Below the pieces are notes generated by a model. It was not told the origin of the DNA and did not search any database. It worked only from the letters and a program-made list of their open reading frames with translations. A stretch of DNA of 64,000 nt from assembly GCA_038109055.1 (NCBI GenBank), contig JAYNIM010000001.1, forward strand, positions 395,365 to 459,364, given 5' to 3'. Positions 31,629-41,444 of this stretch are shown piece after piece. A program made the translations under genes and the position numbers. How positions within the stretch are numbered: the first letter of the stretch is position 1; each line of letters opens with the position of its first letter. This DNA comes from a bacterium. Lineage in GTDB: Bacteria > Margulisbacteria > Marinamargulisbacteria > GCA-2716485 > JAYNIM01.

Positions 31629-32621
31629 CTATATACGTGCACTTGATGATACCTGACTGTTTCTGTTTAACTGACTTTTATACCATTTATAAGTGGCCTC
31701 AAGCCCCTCTTGCAAACTTATCTTTGTGTCTATATTCAAATATTTTTCGGCTAATTTAGTACAGGCTAAACTGTCTTTTACATCTCCTTGTCGTGATTCA
31801 CAAAATGTGAGACCTACTTCTTTTTTTTCTGTCAATGTTTTGATCGATTCTGCTAAATCTAATATAGAACACTGTTTTTCACATCCACTATTGTACACCT
31901 TCCCAGTGGCAGTACTATCTGTTTCTAATGCCTTAATATTATAAAAAACTACATTATCGACATAGGTAAAATCACGTGTTTGCTTGCCATCTCCATTAAT
32001 TGTTATGGCTTGTTCTGAAAAACATTGATCAAAAAACTTTGGAATGACTGCAGCGTATTGTGATTTTGGGTCTTGGCGGGGTCCAAACACGTTAAAATAA
32101 CGAAACCCAATTGTTTCTAGGCCGTATATCGTCTGATACATCTTTGCATATTGTTCATTTACTGCCTTACTTAACCCATAGGGGGATTTTGGGTTTAGTG
32201 GCATTGTTTCAACTTTGGGTAACGTGGGTGTATCACCATATACGGATGAAGAAGAGGCATAAACAAAACGTTTGACGCCATTTAATCTGGCTCCTTCCAA
32301 TAAATTTATGGTTCCGCCCACATTGTTTTCAACATATAATTGGGGTTCTTTAATGGATCGAGGTACGGAACCTAAGGCTGCTTGATGATTGATTCCATCG
32401 ATATTTTTACATATCTGCCTACAAAAAGCTTTATCCCGGATATCCCCCTCTATAAAAGTAAAATTTTTGGCCTGTTCATGGGTGTTTAAATAGTCAATTG
32501 TTTCTTGTTTACCAGTACTAAAATTATCTATTCCTACAACTGCATATCCTAAGGTTAGTAATTGATCTACGATATGTGAGGCGATAAATCCTGCTACACC
32601 TGTAACGAGTATTTTTTTCAT
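31629..32621 (-). CDS. UDP-GlcNAc/UDP-GlcNAcA C4-epimerase (WbpP/TviC-like)
   Basis: TGVAGFIAS, HQAALGSVPRS, YASSSSVYGD, YFNVFGPRQDP.SQYAAVIP. Confidence 0.9.
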   Translation of the reverse strand: MKKILVTGVAGFIASHIVDQLLTLGYAVVGIDNFSTGKQETIDYLNTHEQAKNFTFIEGDIRDKAFCRQICKNIDGINHQAALGSVPRSIKEPQLYVENNVGGTINLLEGARLNGVKRFVYASSSSVYGDTPTLPKVETMPLNPKSPYGLSKAVNEQYAKMYQTIYGLETIGFRYFNVFGPRQDPKSQYAAVIPKFFDQCFSEQAITINGDGKQTRDFTYVDNVVFYNIKALETDSTATGKVYNSGCEKQCSILDLAESIKTLTEKKEVGLTFCESRQGDVKDSLACTKLAEKYLNIDTKISLQEGLEATYKWYKSQLNRNSQVSSSARI

Positions 32622-32728
32622 ATGGCTACAGTTTATCTAAACTTGTCTTCAAAAACAATTATGCTTCTATTAATTTTGTTAGTTTATTTAGTAAAATGCT
32701 TTATCCCCCTAAATACAGCTTCTAGTGA

Positions 32729-32905
32729 TCAGGATTTCATAACCCCTGTCACAGCTATACCTTCCTTGCTCATCTTTTGAGCTTGGGTATAGACAAACAC
32801 TTGTCTTTTGCAATCTGCTATTATAATTGTTTTTTCTGGATATTTATTTTTTAATTTTAGGCTATATTCCAAACAAACCTCCGCGTAAAGTGTCACGATT
32901 ATCAG
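32729..32905 (-). pseudogene. Degraded gene fragment resembling the C-terminal part of neutral/alkaline-ceramidase-like proteins
   Basis: Start-less frame LIIVTLYAEVCLEYSLKLKNKYPEKTIIIADCKRQVFVYTQAQKMSKEG, with RGYE in an adjacent frame, inside a ~730 bp gap. Confidence 0.4.
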
Positions 32906-33352
32906 TGATTTAGGTATTTATAGAATCTTAATAATCACCTCTTGTTCACTTTTTGTGTTGCATAGCTTTTGTAATTTGAGGATTTTTTTATATTAGGCTC
33001 TTCCTTAGTCATTCTGTTTATTTTCTACAAAAGAACTTTATTTACCAGTTTAGAAAACTCTTTTTTCTTTGGCTTTGTTTATTGATATATTGTGCTTTCT
33101 TACTCTGCTAATTCTCTATTTTTTTAAGAGTTCCTTAGCTGGGATAGCGTTTACCCCTTTAATTTGATAGTTTCGTCTGATTTTTGTTCAGTCCCTTTCA
33201 TAAAAGAAACTTCTTTCATTACCCCCTTATGATCATCTTATTTATCTTTTAGGTATTTTCTGTGGATAGATACACAAACATAGCGCCTAAATAACCCACA
33301 TGAATATTAATTTTAAATGTATCATTGTAATTTAAATCAATCACAAAAACTT

Positions 33353-34912
33353 TCATTGTTGAGACCTCCGTCCAAATAAAAATAACTCAACACCATTAAT
33401 TCCTCTATGTCCTCTAAAACTTAAATTTATATATTCTTTTAAAGATATTAAAGAGTCAAAGCAAAGTATGTGTTTTTTAAAATTTAAATATCCCTTAACA
33501 ACTACTAAAATATCTATTGACTTTAGTTTTTTTCTAATAAAACAAAGACTATTTCTAAGACATTTTTTTAATAATGTTTGATTCATTGAGACTTTCAGCG
33601 CTAAATTTGTGTCTAACTGATTAACATAAGTATCATAATGCAATTTATTTTTACGAAATTTCATCGGTAGTCTTTTAAAATATTCCATCAATTCTTTATC
33701 CCATAAAGGACAAATCCATTCATACCCAAAAAATTCATACACGCGACACGAATTCACAATAAACTTGGCTTGACGTTCTTGCCAATTCCAACAGCTCAAT
33801 AAGGAAGAGTTGTCACCGCGATCTGAAGTTTCAGCCAAATTATTTTGAATTTTTTGCAGATACATACTTTTTTTATTTCTGCTTAATTTAAACAATAAAT
33901 AATGCTTTTTAATAATCCTTGCAATAATTTTGTCCTTATCTAATTGCTTCAATGAATACTCTATTTGACTTAAATGACCACCAGCTAAAAAATCACCCGT
34001 ATGTCCAGGCACAAATATTGAATCTTTTTCTATTAGTCTTTTTTCTTTTAATTGATGAACTGCAAAATAATCTTGAATATGTGGTAATGACACAGCTCGA
34101 TGTGAAAATTGATAATAAAACATCATATCTTTAGTACTATAAAGTCGTTTTACTATAGGTTTATAATCAACAAATACCCATTTAAACCGTAAATAATCGG
34201 CTACTTTTTTAGAAATTACTGTCTCGGAATTATTTAAAGGGCCGTATGAAAAACAACATACATTAGTATAATTTAACTTTTTTAATTTTAGAGCAATCAA
34301 TCTAGAATCATAGCCACCACTTAAAGGTATTACCAATTGTCGGCCTTTCGCATAAGCAACTAATCGTTTTATTGCATTTGTTACACAACTATCTAATTTA
34401 GCTCTTGCCTCTAGTTCAGAGTAATTCACAAAATCTTGATGTAAGTATTGATAATAGGTACTTAATTGACACAGTTTGTCTTTAATATATACATATTGAC
34501 CAGCCTGACATTGAAAAATATTTTCATATATTGTTTCATTACCAGTAACATATCCTGTTGCAAAAAATTCATGCTTTGAAACTTGATCTTTTTTAAGAGT
34601 ATAAGATTTTTTTAAAAAATCTGGATTATCACCTATCCACTGATATTTTTCAGAAAAAAATAATGGATGTGATCGAATTGAATCAACCGCAGCATATATT
34701 CTGCCTTGATCTTTAATAACAACTGAAAAAAAACCGTTTGCACCTTTAAGTCTTTCTTCAAAATCTTCTTTATTTTTTATATCTATGAAATAATCTACTA
34801 ACTTTTCTTTTTCATATAGGTCATTTTTAGAATCAAATAAAAATCCTTTGGCCCAAATATCTTTTGAATGGTACCAATTGAAACCATTATTAATTGTTAA
34901 ATCAATTTTCAT
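33353..34912 (-). CDS. Asparagine-synthase-like amidotransferase lacking the N-terminal Cys
   Basis: IPLSGGYDSR (PP-loop), PGHTGDFLAG, WQERQAKFIVN; begins MKIDL. Confidence 0.8.
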   Translation of the reverse strand: MKIDLTINNGFNWYHSKDIWAKGFLFDSKNDLYEKEKLVDYFIDIKNKEDFEERLKGANGFFSVVIKDQGRIYAAVDSIRSHPLFFSEKYQWIGDNPDFLKKSYTLKKDQVSKHEFFATGYVTGNETIYENIFQCQAGQYVYIKDKLCQLSTYYQYLHQDFVNYSELEARAKLDSCVTNAIKRLVAYAKGRQLVIPLSGGYDSRLIALKLKKLNYTNVCCFSYGPLNNSETVISKKVADYLRFKWVFVDYKPIVKRLYSTKDMMFYYQFSHRAVSLPHIQDYFAVHQLKEKRLIEKDSIFVPGHTGDFLAGGHLSQIEYSLKQLDKDKIIARIIKKHYLLFKLSRNKKSMYLQKIQNNLAETSDRGDNSSLLSCWNWQERQAKFIVNSCRVYEFFGYEWICPLWDKELMEYFKRLPMKFRKNKLHYDTYVNQLDTNLALKVSMNQTLLKKCLRNSLCFIRKKLKSIDILVVVKGYLNFKKHILCFDSLISLKEYINLSFRGHRGINGVELFLFGRRSQQ

Positions 34913-36095
34913 AATCTTTTAAAACGTCATTATATACAGATTCAATTTGGTTAAAAACAATATCATAACTAAAATTTTTAATTGCAAATTTTCGTATTTT
35001 TATAGAATCAAAATGCCCTCTTGTTTGTATTGCTTTTATTAACCCTTTTTCAAGTTCATCGATACTATCTGGCCCAACTATAATTCCTGTATCAGAAGTA
35101 ACGATATCTTCACTAACAACAGATGTAGTTAGAACAGGAACCCCCATTGCCATCGCTTCACAAGAAACGTTGGGATGGCCCTCAGCTAAACTAGCTAAAA
35201 CCAAAAAACTGGATTGTTCAAGCTCTTGCTTAACTTGATAATGAGACTGGGCCCCTAAAAAAATCACATTATGTTTTAGTGAATAAAATGAAACAAGTTT
35301 TTCCAACGCTTTACGATCTTGTCCGTCTCCAATAATTGTTAATAAAGTATCTGGATACATTTTGATGATTCTTGAAAATGCGTGAATCAATAAATGTACA
35401 CCTTTTACAGGTGTTAATCCGGCGACTAGTAAAAAACGCCGTTCTAATGCCGGCTTTTTTTTAAAACTTGGTTTAAAAAAATCAATATCAACAATGTTAG
35501 GAATAACTTTAAATTTTGTATTTGATTTAGGTAAATATGATTTTAACTTTGGCTCCATCACCTTACTCAAAGGCAAAATATAATCTGTATTTTCTAATCC
35601 ATATTTTAGTAGAGAATCATACCAGGGTTGGAATAAAGACTTCGCAAATTTAGTTTGGTCGGTGAATCTACCACGATGCTCCGATAAAACGTATGGAATG
35701 TTATAGCGCCCTTTTACTTTTCTTCCCACAATACTCCCCCAGATAGCACTGTGAACATGCATCAAATCAGGCTTACCTTTTTCATTAATATAGCGTTTGA
35801 CCAACTTCATCATTAATATTACCCATAGCTTTTGTTGTAAACGCGCTAACTTTGGCAATGACCAAGCATGCATTCTTATTACAAATAATCCATTTTCATT
35901 GTTAGCCGTGACTTTAAAAAAAGACGTAAACAGTGATTTTACATTTAAATTTCGTACTGAACGCTGCTCAACATAAACTATCCCAACTTTCCACCCCCGA
36001 CTCTTCATTTCCTCCCATCTTTTTCTAAAAAATGAACCGCCGTCATATGGAGGATACCAAGATGGAATAACTAAAATATGCTTCATTTCATCCAC
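34902..36095 (-). CDS. Glycosyltransferase, GT4; start probably 36086
   Basis: ILVIPSWYP, HVHS, KGVHLLI, EGHPNVSCEAMAMGVPV. Confidence 0.88.
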   Translation of the reverse strand: MDEMKHILVIPSWYPPYDGGSFFRKRWEEMKSRGWKVGIVYVEQRSVRNLNVKSLFTSFFKVTANNENGLFVIRMHAWSLPKLARLQQKLWVILMMKLVKRYINEKGKPDLMHVHSAIWGSIVGRKVKGRYNIPYVLSEHRGRFTDQTKFAKSLFQPWYDSLLKYGLENTDYILPLSKVMEPKLKSYLPKSNTKFKVIPNIVDIDFFKPSFKKKPALERRFLLVAGLTPVKGVHLLIHAFSRIIKMYPDTLLTIIGDGQDRKALEKLVSFYSLKHNVIFLGAQSHYQVKQELEQSSFLVLASLAEGHPNVSCEAMAMGVPVLTTSVVSEDIVTSDTGIIVGPDSIDELEKGLIKAIQTRGHFDSIKIRKFAIKNFSYDIVFNQIESVYNDVLKDYEN

Positions 36096-37981
36096 TTATC
36101 AAGCCACATACTCAACATCAATACATGCCACATTTTTGTTGCGGAAAGCAAAGTTGGTTTATGTTTAAATTTTTGATATTGTAATTGTATAGCTTGGTTA
36201 TTAAAAATATCATATTTTTTTAATGTATTACCAAGAATATAATAGTCAAGTTGCTCCGACAATTCACCATTTAACCAAGTGTCTAAAGGAACCCCAAAGC
36301 CTTTTTTTGTTTGAATCATAAAATGTTGAGGAATATAATCATGGACAATATCTTTTAAAATGTATTTAGTTGTTCGATTATGAAGTTTAAAGTTTGATGG
36401 CAACTGAGCTACAAATTCAACAATTCGGTGATCCATTAGTGGCTCTCTACTTTCTAAGGATGTCGACATTGCAGCTCTGTCAACTTTTTGCAAAATATCA
36501 TCGGTTAATCCAATTTTAAAGTCAATGGCTAAAAATTTGTTTATTGCATCGTTTGAGTTATTTAGTTTATCAAACTGGTGGTAATTGGTCTCATAATGAT
36601 CAATATCTTTTTGTAAAAAAATATCTTCTATCTCATTTGGCATAAATATTGATGGTTCTAATTTAAATTCATATAACTCATCTAGAGTTTTAATTTGAGT
36701 TAATGATTGAAGTCTTGAAATACGTTCAGAAATTAACCCCAATTTCGAAATTCCATTAATTCCTACTTTTGTCAAACTAGGTGCTAGTTTATTTAAATAG
36801 AAAATAGACTTAAATAAGTTTAGTCGCTTTGTATAACGATTTATATATCCGCAAAAAATTTCATCTCCACCATCAGCTGATAATGCAACTTTCACATATT
36901 TTTTTGCTAGCCGACTCACAAGAATTGTTGGAACTGCTGAAGAGTCTGCAAATGGTTCATCATATATCGTTGCTAATTCTGGTAAAATAGCTAACGCTTC
37001 TTTTTCTGAGCATATTTGTTGATGGTGATTCGTGCCTAAATACTCAGCAATTCTTTGTGCATCCGCAGTCTCATCCGTTTCTCTATTAAACCCTATAGTA
37101 AACGTATTAATCTTTTGTGATGCGTTAGATTGCAGTAACGCTGCAACTAAAGAGCTATCGTAACCTGAACTCAAGAATATCCCCACTGGTACATCTGATA
37201 TCATTCGAAGGTTACAAGCTTCTATCAATTTAGTCTTTAGTATCGATTTAGCTTCATCATAACTAATGTCTAATTTTGGCTTGTTATAAAAATCAAATGA
37301 ATCCCAATATTTTGTATATTCAGTTTGTTTTGTTTTTAAATTTATTTTAAGAAAATGCCCAGGTTCAATTTTAAAGCAATTTTTAAACACTGTATAAGGG
37401 GCAGGAATAAATGAATATTTGAAATATAATGCAAGTGCCGATAAATCAAGCTCTTTTTGAAATATCGGAGCTCTCATTAGCGCCTTTAGTTCAGAACCAA
37501 ATAAATAGGTACCTCCTTGATTTGAGTAAAAAAAAGGTTTAACTCCTGATCGATCTCGACAAAAATACACTTCTTGTTTTGATTCATCCAGGATTACAAA
37601 AGAAAACATGCCTACAAAACGATGTAAACAATTAATTCCCCATTTGATATATGCGTTGAGAAGTACTTCTGAGTCAGAATTAGAATTGAATTTAAACCCT
37701 AATTTTTCTAATTCTGTTCGAATTTCTTTAAAGTTATAAATTTCTCCATTGTAGACAGCTGTCACATTTGCATCTGCATTACTTATTGGTTGATGGCCAT
37801 TTTTGGATAAATCCAAAATTGATAATCGTTTATGGCCCAAACCAATTGTTATGTTTTCAAATGTTTTAAAATAATGTCCGGTATCATCTGGACCACGATG
37901 ATGCAAAGTTTCAGTCATAGAAATTAATGATGACTTATCTAACCTATTTGAAAAATCTATAAAACCTATTATGCCACACAT
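36083..37981 (-). CDS. asnB: Asparagine synthase (glutamine-hydrolysing) family amidotransferase, WbpS-like
   Basis: MCGI, HRGPD, RLSILDLS, YNGEIYN, SADGGDE, KVDRAAM..SLESREP, KKGF. Confidence 0.9.
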   Translation of the reverse strand: MCGIIGFIDFSNRLDKSSLISMTETLHHRGPDDTGHYFKTFENITIGLGHKRLSILDLSKNGHQPISNADANVTAVYNGEIYNFKEIRTELEKLGFKFNSNSDSEVLLNAYIKWGINCLHRFVGMFSFVILDESKQEVYFCRDRSGVKPFFYSNQGGTYLFGSELKALMRAPIFQKELDLSALALYFKYSFIPAPYTVFKNCFKIEPGHFLKINLKTKQTEYTKYWDSFDFYNKPKLDISYDEAKSILKTKLIEACNLRMISDVPVGIFLSSGYDSSLVAALLQSNASQKINTFTIGFNRETDETADAQRIAEYLGTNHHQQICSEKEALAILPELATIYDEPFADSSAVPTILVSRLAKKYVKVALSADGGDEIFCGYINRYTKRLNLFKSIFYLNKLAPSLTKVGINGISKLGLISERISRLQSLTQIKTLDELYEFKLEPSIFMPNEIEDIFLQKDIDHYETNYHQFDKLNNSNDAINKFLAIDFKIGLTDDILQKVDRAAMSTSLESREPLMDHRIVEFVAQLPSNFKLHNRTTKYILKDIVHDYIPQHFMIQTKKGFGVPLDTWLNGELSEQLDYYILGNTLKKYDIFNNQAIQLQYQKFKHKPTLLSATKMWHVLMLSMWLDKWMK

Positions 37982-38299
37982 TAGTTATTACCTCTTAAAC
38001 ATCTTAAAGAGTAACATTAGTATGTTTTAATTTTATAGAGATGAAAAGGATCTTTTTTTAATTCTTTAGGTAATCTAATAAGCAATTCTAATTGATTTAG
38101 GTTAACAACAAGTCCCAGTCTAACTAAAAATCTGTTTATTTTAATGAATTTTAACGTATTTAAATAGAAAGAATTTAGCACAGCGCCAATTTACCATACC
38201 TCTTTATTAATGTCTAAATCAACAGCCCTATAAACCCGTCGTTATTGTTCACAGATCCTTGTTTAACGCTGGGCAAATATCACAAAACCTCTATATTTT

Positions 38300-39607
38300 T
38301 TACTCCATTTTTTCACTACATATTTTCTGAAGCGTTTGCTCAAATATTTGTTTATATCCCTTACACTCACTGATTGGATGTGCAAACTCTTGTAATTTAT
38401 TAGAATAATCCATGTATTTTTTACTATGACCTTGAAGAATATCTGACAGAGCGATTCTCATTGATTCCTTACTGTTACAAATATTTGGATAATCATCTAA
38501 TAATAAATGTTTTAAATGTGGATTTTTAAGTGTTTGATTTATGTGCAATGTATCTGGCCAATTATTATCAAAACTAAATTTAATTTGTATAATTGGGGTC
38601 TTCGTAAATGATGCTTCAAGCACAATGGTTGAACTAAAGTTAATGACACACAATGCATGTGATAATTGATTCTTTTTCTTTACCAAATCATCTTCAGTCA
38701 ATTTATAAGGATCCCATTTACTTGGAATGGGGTCTAGTTTTATACCTGATTCAACTAAATTAGTATACCAATTCATATCAATAATAAAGGGATATGGACG
38801 CACAATTAATTCTACTGATGAGTCAATTGTATTCAACATATTTTTTATTCCTAGAATGTTTATCACTTCCTGTTCAACATGCTCTCTTATTCCATGAGCA
38901 CAGACGTATAGAACATACTTTTGTTTTTTGTACTCATCTATATCTCTACTTTTATTTTCAATTAAATAATCAAATTGAAGAGGGCCTACAATATGAATTT
39001 TTGATTCCGATATCATATGATATTTTTTTAAATCATTTTTATTTTCTTTATTCCACACAAAATAATAATCAGCTCCTTTAATAGATTCGTTATCCTTCAT
39101 AGGATTATCCCAACTATATATCCAATTAATAATTTTCAATTTTCTTCGTCTTGCTTCATGCACAATGAAATATGATTTAATTGATATTGGAGAATATAAA
39201 AAATAAGAATAATTATTTAAAAAATCATACTCTTTATATGTAAATGGATATACCCATTTATAAATTTGTGCAACAGAACAATTAAAAAAAATCATTTTCT
39301 GATAATATTTTTTAATAAATAGCATTATTTTCATGATTAAATTAGTGTTGTAGAATTGCCTTTTATTTCTATACAATCTATTGTTTGTGTTTAACGGCTT
39401 AACTAATAGACATTTTAGTAACCCTCTAAATATTCGTCTTTTCTGTTTTGGTTTAATTAAAAATGTTTTAAGAATTTTGTGATATCGTTCATATGTTCTT
39501 TGATCATGTGTCACAATCGTTAAATCAACATTATTTTTCAGATGATCTATTAACTGTGCTTTCTCAAGCCGATTTCCGTCATCAATAAAATATAACACCT
39601 TAGTCAT
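38300..39607 (-). CDS. Hypothetical GT-B-like protein, candidate sialyl/nonulosonate transferase
   Basis: IYSWDNP, YFVWN, VGPLQFD, IVRPYP, SSTIVLEA; overlaps the neuA stop. Confidence 0.55.
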   Translation of the reverse strand: MTKVLYFIDDGNRLEKAQLIDHLKNNVDLTIVTHDQRTYERYHKILKTFLIKPKQKRRIFRGLLKCLLVKPLNTNNRLYRNKRQFYNTNLIMKIMLFIKKYYQKMIFFNCSVAQIYKWVYPFTYKEYDFLNNYSYFLYSPISIKSYFIVHEARRRKLKIINWIYSWDNPMKDNESIKGADYYFVWNKENKNDLKKYHMISESKIHIVGPLQFDYLIENKSRDIDEYKKQKYVLYVCAHGIREHVEQEVINILGIKNMLNTIDSSVELIVRPYPFIIDMNWYTNLVESGIKLDPIPSKWDPYKLTEDDLVKKKNQLSHALCVINFSSTIVLEASFTKTPIIQIKFSFDNNWPDTLHINQTLKNPHLKHLLLDDYPNICNSKESMRIALSDILQGHSKKYMDYSNKLQEFAHPISECKGYKQIFEQTLQKICSEKME

Positions 39608-40271
39608 TTTGTGCTATCAGTGCTTCTGCTATATAAAAATCGTCTTCTTCATCAATATCGAGACTATCTATTTTTGACATTTCATAGCCGATTATTTTCC
39701 CCCCAAAGATGGCGTAGTTTAATTGCTCTCGTTTTGTTATATAGATAGCCGCACCGTTTCGTGCCAAATAATTAGGTTTATCTTGACGTCTAAGTTTATA
39801 ATTTTGAACACAATTTACAATATAAGAACCTTCTACTTTCATCATAGCCTCTGGAACCATATTGTGAGGAACTTTAACTACCGACACTAAGCTATCTGCG
39901 TGTTCATCTTTTTCGAATAAAGAAATCGCTGCATTGATATGTTTATATGTACGTAATGGTGACGTAGGTTGTAGAGTGATGATCGCATTATATTGTTCTG
40001 CATATTGCCCCAAGGCATGTTGTATTACTGGTAAGGTTGGCGTATCATCTTTTGCCAATTCTGATGGACGCATAATGACTGAAACACCCAAGCTTTCTGC
40101 AATGCTGGCTATTTCTTTATCATCAGTAGATACGACCACCTCATTAATTATTGATTGCTGTGCCGCCTCAATGGTGTACTGTATTAATGGCTTTCCATTC
40201 AATAACTTTCTGTTTTTATATTTGATCCCCTTTGATCCGCCTCTGGCAGGAATTATGGCTAAATACTTCAT
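39600..40271 (-). CDS. neuA: Acylneuraminate cytidylyltransferase (CMP-sialic acid synthetase)
   Basis: IIPARGGSKGI..KN, VVSTDD, LQPTSPLR, RRQD, NGAAIY, SLDID. Confidence 0.92.
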   Translation of the reverse strand: MKYLAIIPARGGSKGIKYKNRKLLNGKPLIQYTIEAAQQSIINEVVVSTDDKEIASIAESLGVSVIMRPSELAKDDTPTLPVIQHALGQYAEQYNAIITLQPTSPLRTYKHINAAISLFEKDEHADSLVSVVKVPHNMVPEAMMKVEGSYIVNCVQNYKLRRQDKPNYLARNGAAIYITKREQLNYAIFGGKIIGYEMSKIDSLDIDEEDDFYIAEALIAQND

Positions 40272-41423
40272 TTAATACGTAATGGTTTTTTGAATACTTA
40301 CAGAATCAGTTGCTAAAATAGTCGCAATTTTTGTTCCAGCGCTTCCATCCCCGTACAATGGACTTGATTTGTATTTTCCATGTTCCATTTGTTTAAGTAT
40401 GGCATCTTTAATTTGCTGCTTATCATACGTCACATCCATCACATTATCAGATCGATCTCTTTGGTTTTGTCGTGTTCCAATATTTACTACTGGGGTTCCA
40501 ATAAAGGCCCCTTCTCTAACACCAGAGCTACTATTTCCAACCAAACACTGCGTTTGATTCATTAAATGAATGTAGGTTGCCGTTGGTAAATTTTTAAATA
40601 CTTGCAGCCATGTTGGTTTGTGGGTTTCTCTAAATGATCGAATACCTTTTGAAATATCATCACTACCCGCATCTGCATTTGGCCATAAAAGTATCGTTGG
40701 TATTTTTATATCATTGAGTGCATTCAAGGTTTCTTCAATTTGGCGACGATTATCACCAAACTCTGTTGTAACGGGATGTTGAGATACAAGTAAGAAAGGC
40801 TGATTAAAATCAATACCCATCCCTACTCCTTTGTAACCTTTGAACAACTCATTTAAATCGCCTTTATTTTTTAACTCGATTCGAATTAAATCCATTCGTG
40901 GACACCCCACGTTATACACATGCTTTGGATCCTCTCCCATCTTTATAATACGTTTTTTTGCCTCTTCATTAGCTGGAAAATGATAATGAGCAAACTTTGT
41001 TATAGCATGACGAATACTTTCATCTATAGTACCAGTGACTTCCCCTCCCATGGTATGCGCAACCGCAATATTCATGTAAGCGGCTGCAATCGTGACAGCC
41101 ATTACTTCAAATCGATCGCCTACAACAACGACCACATCCGGTTTTAAATTATTAAAGATCATCGACATTTCTATCATGCCTAGACCTGTTGATTTTGCCA
41201 TAGTTGTTGGATTCTCTCCTTCAACTAGGTTATGAAAGGTAAAATCTGGTTTAAAGCCATCTTCTCGTATTAATTGATCCACATTCCCAAAACGTTCTAA
41301 GATTGCAGATGCCCCAGTAACCACCTGAAGTGTTAACTTAGGATGTTTTTTTATGGCTCTCATGACAGACTTAATACTACTGTAGTTAGCTCTTGAACCA
41401 ACAAAAACACATATTTTTTTCAT
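40272..41423 (-). CDS. neuC: UDP-GlcNAc 2-epimerase (hydrolysing)
   Basis: GSRANY, VGDRFE, HTMGGEVTGTIDESIRHAITK, HPVTTE, WPNADAG, GNSSSG, GTRQ. Confidence 0.9.
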   Translation of the reverse strand: MKKICVFVGSRANYSSIKSVMRAIKKHPKLTLQVVTGASAILERFGNVDQLIREDGFKPDFTFHNLVEGENPTTMAKSTGLGMIEMSMIFNNLKPDVVVVVGDRFEVMAVTIAAAYMNIAVAHTMGGEVTGTIDESIRHAITKFAHYHFPANEEAKKRIIKMGEDPKHVYNVGCPRMDLIRIELKNKGDLNELFKGYKGVGMGIDFNQPFLLVSQHPVTTEFGDNRRQIEETLNALNDIKIPTILLWPNADAGSDDISKGIRSFRETHKPTWLQVFKNLPTATYIHLMNQTQCLVGNSSSGVREGAFIGTPVVNIGTRQNQRDRSDNVMDVTYDKQQIKDAILKQMEHGKYKSSPLYGDGSAGTKIATILATDSVSIQKTITY

Positions 41424-41444
41424 TTAATTAGTGTATACAAATTA

